DNA from: Malacoraja senta
Lineage: Eukaryota
Direction of reading: 5' to 3'
DNA length: 60,000 bases
Assembly (NCBI GenBank): GCA_038087875.1
Contig: CM075988.1
Coordinates: forward strand, 20,152,001-20,212,000
Every line of letters starts with the position of its first letter. The stretch's first letter is position 1. Positions 50,947-60,000 of this stretch are shown here, one piece after another. A model generated the notes under the pieces. The model had not been told where the DNA came from. It did not search any database and worked only from the letters and a program-made list of their open reading frames with translations. A program made the translations under genes and the position numbers.

Positions 50947-53503
50947 CAGTTGGGGATGGCATCAAACAGGAAATTAGAAATGCGTGCAACAAAGGCAAAA
51001 CAGTTATAATGGGTGACTTCAATCTACATATAGATTGGGTGAATCAAATTGGCAGGGGTGCTGAGGAAGAGGATTTCTTGGAATGTATGCGGGATAGTTA
51101 TCTAAACCAACATGTAGAGGAACCAACGAGGGAGCAGGCTATTCTAGACTGGGTATTGAGTAATGAGGAAGGGTTAGTTAGCAGTCTTGTTGTGCGTGCC
51201 CCCTTGGGCAAGAGTGACCATAATATGGTTGAGTTCTTCATTAGGATGGAGAGTGACATTGTTAATTCAGAAACCACGGTTCTGAACTTAAAGAAAGGTA
51301 ACTTTGAGGGTATGAGACGTGAATTGGCCAAGATTGACTGGCAATTAGTTCTAAAAGGGTTGACGGTGGATATGCAATGGAAGGCATTTAAAGACTGCAT
51401 GGATGAACTACAAAAATTGTTCATCCCAGTTTGGCAAAAGAATAAATCAGGGAAGGTAGTGCATCCGTGGATAACAAGGGAGATCAGGGATAGTATCAAA
51501 GCAAAAGATGATGCGTACAAATTAGCCAGAAAAAGCAGCATACCAGAGGACTGGGAGAAATTCAGAGACCAGCAGAGGAGGACAAGGGGCTTAATTAGGA
51601 AAGGGAAAATAGATTATGAAAGAAAACTGGCAGGGAACATAAAAACTGACTGCAAAAGTTTTTATAGATATGTGAAGAGAAAGAGATTAGTTTAAACAAA
51701 TGTAGGTCCCTTGCAGTCAGAAACAGGTGAATTGATCATGGGGAACAAGGATATGGCGGACCAATTGAATAACTACTTTGGTTCCGTCTTCACTAAGGAA
51801 GACATAAATAATCTGCCGGAAATAGCAGGGGGCCGCGGGTCAAAGGAGATGGAGGAACTGAGTGAAATTCAGGTTAGTCGGGAAGTGGTGTTGGGTAAAT
51901 TGAATGGATTAAAGGCCGATAAATCACCAGGGCCAGATAGGCTGCATCCCAGAGTACTTAAGGAAGTAGCTCCAGAAATAGTGGATGCATTAGTGATAAT
52001 TTTTCAAAACTCTTTAGATTCTGGAGTAGTTCCTGAGGATTGGAGGGTAGCAAACGTAACCCCACTTTTTAAGAAGGGAGGGAGAGAGAAAACGGGGAAT
52101 TACAGACCAATTAGTCTAACATCGGTAGTGGGGAAACTGCTAGAGTCAGTTATTAAAGATGGGATAGCAGCACATTTGGAAAGTAGTGAAATCATTGGAC
52201 AAAGTCAGCATGGATTTACGAAAGGTAAATCGTGTCTGACGAATCTTATAGAATTTTTTGAGGATGTAACTAGTAGAGTGGATAGGGGAGAACCAGTGGA
52301 TGTGTTGTATCTGGACTTTCAGAAGGCTTTCGACAAGGTACCACATAAGAGATTAGTATACAAACTTAAAGCACACGGTATTGGGGGTTCAGTATTGATG
52401 TGGATAGAGAACTGGCTGGCAAACAGGAAGCAAAGAGTAGGAGTAAACGGGTCCTTTTAACAATGGCAGGCAGTGACTAGTGGGGTACCGCAAGGCTCAG
52501 TGCTGGGACCCCAGCTATTTACAATTTATATTAATGAACTGGATGAGGGAATTGAAGGCAACATCTCCAAGTTTGCGGATGACACTAAGCTGGGGGGCAG
52601 TATTAGCTGTGAGGAGGATGCTAGGAGACTGCAAGGTGACTTGGATAGGCTGGGTGAGTGGGCAAATGTTTGGCAAATGCAGTATAATGTGGATAAATGT
52701 GTGGTTATCCACTTTGGTGGCAAAAACAGGAAAGCAGACTATTATCTAAATGGTGGCCGACTAGGAAATGGGGAGATGCAGCGAGACCTGGGTGTCATGG
52801 TACACCAGTCATTGAAAGTAGGCATGCAGGTGCAGCAGGCAGTGAAGAAAGCGAATGGTATGTTAGCTTTCATAGCAAAAGGATTTGAGTATAGGAGCAG
52901 GGAGGTTCTACTACAGTTGTACAGGGTCTTGGTGAGACCACACCTGGAGTATTGCGTACAGTTTTGGTCTCCAAGTCTGAGGAAGGACATTATAGCCATA
53001 GAGGGAGTGCAGAGAAGGTTCACCAGACTGATTCCTGGGATGTCAGGACTTTCATATGAAGAAAGACTGGATAGACTTGGCTTATACTCGCTAGAATTTA
53101 GGAGATTGAGAGGGGATCTTATAGAAACGTACACAATTCTTATGGGGTTGGACAGGCTAGATGCAGGAAGATTGTTCCCGATTTTGGGGAAGTCCAGGAC
53201 AAGGGGGTCACAGCTTAAGGATAAGGGGGAAATCCTTTAAGACCGAGATGAGGAAAAACGTTTTCACACAGAGAGTGGTGAATCTCTGGAACTCTCTGCC
53301 ACAGAGGGTAGTTGACGCCAGTTCATTGGCTATATTTAAGAGGGAGTTAGATGTGGCCCTTGTGGCTAAAGGGATCAGGGGGTATGGAGAGAAGGCAGGT
53401 ACGGGATACTGAGTTGGATGATCAGCCATGATCATATTGAATGGCGGTGCAGGCTCGAAGGGCCGAATGGCCTACTCCTGCACCTATTTTTTATGTATCT
53501 ATG
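50947..53503 (+). mobile_element. Young 5'-truncated CR1 LINE (endonuclease C-terminus and RT), disrupted
   Basis: MGDFN, SDH, YRPISLTS, DFQKAFD, QGSVLGP, FADD; stops at 51695 and 52460 and a frameshift near 53203. Confidence 0.97.
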
Positions 53504-53789
53504 TAACACCAATTCATCAGCAAAGATCTCCACAAGGCTCTCCACCTGCAGATATTCCCTGCTCAAAAAATGGTCTACCTGTTTCCTCCTTTAAGACAAG
53601 CTTGTATCTTTATCTGGAAGAACAAACTCACCAATTACAGTATTTAGCAAGGTTAATCCTGCTGGAATCTTAAAGCATTTGGTCAGCTTCTAAGACTGGT
53701 CACTTTGCAGCACTTCTTCAGATCTCCTGGCAGGTCTTCACTGTGTGTCTTTCGACTTCTTTCTTGAACACCATATTTATCTTTGTAGT

Positions 53790-54512
53790 ATGGGAAACAT
53801 GCCTGGGCATGTATGGCTGCTGAAGGTACTTGCTCACTTATCTTCATTGATGATACAACTGCTGATGGTGGTAGCATAATGAATTCTGAAGTGTATAGAC
53901 ACATCCTATCTGCTCAAGTTCAAACAAATGCCTCAAAATTCATTGACCAGCGGTTCATTCAACAGCAAGACCATGATCCCAAACATACTTCTGAAACAAC
54001 AAAGGAGTTTTTCAAAGCTAAAGAATGGTCAATTCTTGAGTGGCCAAGTCAATCACCCGATTTGAATCCATTTGAGCATGCCATATAGAGAAAACGGAAG
54101 AGGACTAGCCCCCAAAACAAGCATAAGCTAAAGATGGCTGCAATACAGACCTGGCAGAGCATCGGCAGAGCATCACCAGAGAAGATACCCAGCAACTGGT
54201 GATGTCCATGAATCGCAGACTTCAAGCAGTCATTGCATGCTAAGGATATGCAGCAAAATACTAAACATGACTACTTTCATTTACATGACATTGCTGTGTC
54301 CCAAACATTATGGTGCCCTGAAATGGGGGGACTATGTACACTGCTGTAATTTCCACATGGTGAAATGTATAAAAATTGCCTTTATTAAAATCTGACAATG
54401 TGCACTTTAACCACATGTGATTTTTTTTTTCTATTACAAATCTCAAATTGTGGAGTACAGAGGCAAATAAAGAAATGACGGGTCATTGTCCCAAACATTA
54501 TGGAGGGCACTC
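53790..54512 (+). mobile_element. Tc1-like transposon 3' part (DDE fragment and right TIR with IR/DR structure)
   Basis: QQDHDPKHTS...WPSQSPDLNPFEH; tgtcccaaacattatgg at about 54297 and 54487; followed by TA. Confidence 0.9.
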
Positions 54513-54534
54513 TATATCAAAATTAATTCATTTC

Positions 54535-55350
54535 TTAGATTTAGGTTTATTATTGTCACGTACCAATATATAGTGACTAGCTTTGTGTTGCATGCTATCC
54601 AAACAGACCAGATAGTACAATACATAAATGCAAATATCAAACTCAAGTACGATCGAGCAATGGGGAAGATAGAAATTGCAGAACATAGTTCTCAACATTG
54701 CAATGTATCAGTTCTATAGACAAAGACAATGTCTGCAATGGGGTAGAGGTGAATTAGACACCTTAGCTTATGGAAAGACTGTTCAGAAACCTGATAACAG
54801 AGGGGAAAAAGCCATTCTTAAGTCTTGCAGTGCACGCTTCTGTGCCTTCTGTTGAAGGGGAGCAGAGAAAAGATGGAATGACCAGGGTTCAGCAGGCCTT
54901 TGATTATGTTGGCTACTTTTCTGAGGAAGGGTGAAGTTTAGATGGAATCTGTTGTGGGAAGTCCGGTTTGTGTGATGGACTGGGCTACATCTACAACTCT
55001 GCAATTTCTTGCAGTCTTAGGTAAAACTTTTCCCAAACCAAGCTGTGACGTAACCCGACAATATGATTTCTATAGTGCATCTATAGAAGTTTGTAAGAGT
55101 CATTGGAGACATGCCAAACTTCCTCAGTCTCCTCACGAAGTAGAAGCAAGGTGTGCCTTCTTGACCATTGCATCAATGTGGCTGGTCTATGACAGATCAT
55201 TGGTAATATTAATGCCAAAAAATGTGAACCTCTCAACCATCTCCACTTTGGCACCATTGATGCTGATTAGGGCATATACTCCCACCTCTCTTCCTGATGT
55301 CAATAACTAACTCCTAGTCTTGCTGACATTGAGGGAGAGGTTATTGTCCT
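54535..55350 (-). mobile_element. Degraded Rex1/Babar LINE 3' part
   Basis: tttattattgtcac tail; similarity to 13770-14150 and the RT C-terminus. Confidence 0.7.
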
Positions 55351-55565
55351 GATACGGTTACACAAATATGTCTGTTACGTTTTTGAGAAGGCACAGTTCC
55401 AATATCAATATGTGTCATCTTCACATTTTACTTTTAGACTCAGGATAAGGTGCAAGCTTTACCGGGATTGCCTTCCCTGTCTATCCTCACGATCCTTGAG
55501 ACCTGAAGAATTAAAAAATAGTCACATGCCATTTTGACTTGGAAATGTATCACTGTTCTTTCATT

Positions 55566-55654
55566 GAAGATAGACCGAAAATGCTGGACAGCGGGACAGG
55601 CTTCTCTGGATAGAAGGAATGGGTGATGTTTCGGGTTGAGACCCTTCTTCAGAT
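55566..55654 (-). mobile_element. Penelope-derived 89-bp mini-insertion with a hammerhead-like core
   Basis: 12-bp TSD tgttctttcatt (55554-55565, 55655-55666); reverse complement reads atCTGAAGAagggtctcaacccGAAACATC. Confidence 0.85.
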
Positions 55655-57816
55655 TGTTCTTTCATTATTGTTGAGTCAATCCTGGAGCTTACTTCAACTG
55701 AAGACTACTAGTGTCTCACAGACTGGAATGATTCCAAGAGGTGATTCACCAGCACCTTCTCAAAAGCAGTGGACATTAAATGCTGAGCTTTATGCAATGC
55801 TCACAAGTGAATTAAAAAAAATCATTAACTGTGTGAATTATCAGACATGACAAATAATATTTTCTCAAAATTATGCCTGCCTTTAACAAAATTGAAAAAC
55901 AGTTCTTTAAAACTAATGGGTTTATAAAGTTGATTCAAAATTAAACTGCTTGGATTTAATGCCCTAGTGGATCGAGTTTGTGCTGTTAACTTTGACCTCA
56001 AGCATACCAGACCCATCTGTCTTTGACTGTCTTGTTTTCCATAACACAAACAGTGCTATTATCTGTATCTTAGACAAACCTTGGCTGACTTACTTATAAA
56101 CAGCAAACATTGTGCCAGGTAATGCCTGCCAGGATTACTTCACCTACCCAGTGCAGATGCAGACAGCCTTTCAACCTCCTTAAGGCCTGAGGGATGACTG
56201 GGAAGGCGTCTTTAGTGCTTTGAAATCCATTTGACAGAGTTACAAAGGGTGTCAAATGTAGGTAATAGCAAACAGAAATCCTGTCGACCTGTTGAGTAAA
56301 TACAGTTTTTTTTTAGGTTATGCATGTAGTATCTTGCTTAAGTGATTCTGCTCTGAAAGTCGGGCATAGTGGACCCTCACGGTTATTTTTTCATCTCATA
56401 TTCACTGGCAAGCCTAAATTGTATATGTTATCTGGAATTTAAGCTGCCATCTGTAACTTGCTGTACTATTTCATCAGCGGTCCCAACCCATTTCGATATA
56501 ACGGATTTTCGCTTGTTAAAATACCAGAATGTTACATGATTGTGATAAATGCTAATCTTATGAAATCACTGACAGTAATTTCAACTCTTTTGATCATCTG
56601 CATCCCTTTATTGAATTATGCAGCCATAAAAAGTCTAACAAATGTAATCCAGTCTGAATAGTTGAGTGATAACTAGCTTTCACTGTGAGTCCCAGACAAA
56701 TTGGCTGCTCTTGTTGCAGTTGCAAATGAGTGGAAATTGCTTAACTAATGCTGAAGGTATTTAATTGCTTATACGATTCAACAGTTACATTATTCCAGCA
56801 TTTACATAGATTTCTTAAGGCTTTGGTTTTCACATTGGCGAGACAAACTATCCCCAAGGGCAGGACTACAGGGTGAAATTTGGGCATTAACTACATCATT
56901 GAATATAATTTTTTTTATTCAATTTGCAAGTTATTAAACAAATGGGGATATAGTGCTTACGGCATTGGACATTTTATTGGAACTCAACGTGGTCATTAAT
57001 TATAAAATGCCTGTATTTCTTAGAAAGATTATTGCTTTTGTTACATTGTGAAAGAGATATCTTGCTGAAAGACAAGTCTAGATCCGCAAGTCCCTCATTT
57101 TCAAATGTTAATGCTGTTCTTAATTTGGATACGGACCTGGATTATTTTATTGCAATCATTCAAAATTCCCTTCACAAGAGTCTTGAAATGGGTTGGTGTT
57201 TCAGCAGAATGATAAGGTGCCTTCTGCACACGCCTTTTTTAGTTTCTTTCCTAAGGTTGATATTTAAAATTTGTACGAAATTATGCTCGGGCAGCTATAT
57301 GTATTTGTACTTGTAATTGCTTTAACTGGCACAGTTTTGAAGAATTAGGTGTACAATGTATTTATCAGAAAACTAATCATGTAAAGGTGATTCCATTTTT
57401 TTGTGAATTGTAGTATGAAAGCTCAGTATAATGAGAAATGGCATAATTAGATTAAAGCATTTTCTTGTGTCTTTCCTGATTTACTTTAATTGACCACAAT
57501 CAGAGGCCGGAAGATCAGATTGAGGACAGTGGCATTTTTAAACTGTTCATGAATACAATTTCAGGCTTCATTTCAAATGAGTTATTCTTATATTTTTTGA
57601 AAAATGGTCTGCAGATTCGGGCAGCAAGCACTGTGTGCACTGGAGTTTGTTTAAGTGGAAGGGAATCTGATTGAAACACAAAACTTTGGCAAGGCTAGAT
57701 GCAGGGAGGATGAACTACATGCAGGGAGTATGTTTGCCCTGGCTGAGGGGGCCTAGAAAGAGGAGACGGGATAACAGATTTAGATGCAGAGAAACGTCTT
57801 CAATAGAAGGTGGTCA

Positions 57817-59875
57817 ACATAGAAACATAGAAATTAGGTGCAGGAGTAGGCCATTCGGCCCTTCGAGCCTGCACCGCCATTCAATATGATCATGGCTGAT
57901 CATCCAACTCAGTATCCCGTACCTGCCTTCTTCATACCCTCTGATCCCTTTAGCCACAAGGGCCACATCTAACTCCCTCTTAAATATAGCCAATGAACTG
58001 GCCTCGACTACCCTCCGTGGCAGAGAGTTCCAGAGATTCACCACTCTCTGTGTGAAAAAAGTTCTTCTCATCTCGGTTTTAAAGGATTTCCCCCTTATCC
58101 TTAAGCTGTGACCCCTTGTCCTGGACTTCCCCAACATCGGGAGCAATCTTCCTGCATCTAGCCTGTCCAACCCCTTAAGAATTTTGTAAGTTTCTATAAG
58201 ATCCCCTCTCAATCTCCTAAATTCTAGAGAGTATAAACCAAGTCTATCCAGTTTTTCTTCATAAGACAGTCCTGACATCCCAGGAATCAGTCTGGTGAAC
58301 CTTCTCTGCACTCCCTCTATGGCAATAATGTCCTTCCTCAGATTAGGAGACCAAAACTGTACGCAATACTCCAGGTGTGGTCTCACCAAGACCCTGCACA
58401 ACTGCAGTAGAACCTCCCTGCTCCTATACTCAAATCCTTTTGCTATGAAAGCTAACATACCATTCGCTTTCTTCACTGCCTGCTGCACCTGCATGCCTAC
58501 TTTCAATGACTGGTGTACCATGACACCCAGGTCTCGCTGCATCTCCCCTTTTCCTAGTCGGCCACCATTTAGATAATAGTCTGCTTTCCTGTTTTTGCCA
58601 CCAAAATGGATAACCTCACATTTATCTACATTATACTGCATCTGCCAAACATTTGCCCACTCACCCAGCCTATCCAAGTCACCTTGCAGTCTCCTAGCAT
58701 CCTCCTCACAGCTAACACTGCCCCCCAGCTTAGTGTCATCCGCAAACTTGGAGATATTGCCTTCAATTCCTTCATCCAGATCATTAATATATATTGTAAA
58801 TAGCTGGGGTCCCAGCACTGAGCCTTGCGGTACCCCACTAGTCACTGCCTGCCATTGTGAAAAGGACCCATTTACTCCTACTCTTTGCTTCCTGTTTGCC
58901 AGCCAGTTCTCTATCCACATCAATACTGAACCCCCAATGCCATGTACTTTAAGTTTGTATACTAATCTCTTATGTGGGACCTTGTCGAAAGCCTTCTGGA
59001 AGTCCAGATACACCACATCCACTGGTTCTCCCATATCCACGCTACTAGTTACATCCTCGAAAAATTCTATAAGATTCGTCAGACATGATTTACCTTTCGT
59101 AAATCCATGCTGACTTTGTCCAATGATTTCACCACTTTCCAAATGTGCTGCTATCCCATCTTTAATAACTGACTCTAGCAGTTTCCCCACTACCGATGTT
59201 AGACTAACTGGTCTGTAATTCCCCGTTTTCTCTCTCCTTCCCTTCTTGAAAAGTGGGGTTACGTTTGCTACCCGCCAATCCTCAGGAACTACTCCAGAAT
59301 CTAAAGAGTTTTGAAAGATTATTACTAATGCATCCACTATTTCTGGAGCTACTTCCTTAAGTACTCTGGGATGCAGCCTATCTGGCCCTGGGGATTTATC
59401 GGCCTTTAATCCATTCAATTTACCCAACACCACTTCCCGACTAACCTGGATTTCACTCAATTCCTCCAACTCCTTTGACCCGCGGTCCCCTGCTATTTCC
59501 GGCAGATTATTTATGTCTTCCTTAGTGAAGACGGAACCAAAGTAGTTATTCAATTGGTCCGCCATATCCTTGTTCCCCATGATCAACTCACCTGTTTCTG
59601 ACTGCAAGGGACCTACATTTGTTTTAACTAATCTCTTTCTTTTCACATATCTATAAAAACTTTTGCAGTCAGTTTTTATGTTCCCTGCCAGTTTTCTTTC
59701 ATAATCTATTTTTCCTTTCCTAATTAAGCCCTTTGTCCTCCTCTGCTGGTCTCTGAATTTCTCCCAGTCTGCTGCTTTTTCTGGCTAATTTGTACGCATC
59801 ATCCTTCGCTTTGATACCATCCCTGATTTCCCTTGTTATCCACGGATGCACTACCTTCCCTGATTTATTCTTTTG
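57817..59875 (-). mobile_element. Young 5'-truncated CR1 LINE with an uninterrupted RT reading frame
   Basis: 610-aa ORF 57814-59646 with all RT motifs; (CATAGAAA)n tail; nearly identical to 51430-53500. Confidence 0.97.
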
Positions 59876-60000
59876 TCAACCTGCAGAATGGTCTCACAGA
59901 GAATGGTAAGGGTCAAATTGCTGAATATATTCAGATATAAAAGCCATCAAGTATTTTGGGAGGAGAGCAAGTAGTGTTGAGGTAGAGGGTAGTGTTGTGT

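Noticed and set aside
37516..60000. SNX19 exons 9 onward (expected to start WLEVQVANLT-like)
   Set aside because: No matching exon recognised; presumed to lie beyond the window, though a diverged exon could have been missed by eye.

Overview
Eukaryotic genomic DNA. The repeat landscape (tRNA/V-type SINEs sharing a CR1 tail, CR1, Rex1/Babar, Penelope-like elements) suggests a cartilaginous fish such as a skate or ray; this is inference. Two + strand spliced genes are present. The first is the 3' part (11 exons, 865-16774) of a TTC3/DZIP3/RNF214-family coiled-coil gene with no recognisable C-terminal RING. The second is SNX19 exons 1-8 (21182-37515), with a GC-AG first intron and a 55-bp GC-rich minisatellite just upstream of the start codon; its later exons were not found in the window. 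Introns are packed with mobile DNA: CR1 LINEs (two young inverted copies), Rex1/Babar fragments, Penelope-like (GIY-YIG) fragments, SINEs, a Tc1 remnant, a Harbinger MITE and a probable Helitron. Most notable are (a) many dispersed Penelope-derived repeats carrying a minimal hammerhead-ribozyme-like core (CTGAAGA-hairpin-GAAACGTC), several as 89-150 bp insertions with their own 10-14 bp target-site duplications, and (b) a non-coding GC-rich ~0.8 kb retroposon family with three hairpins that covary between copies. All calls are by eye; repeat boundaries are approximate.
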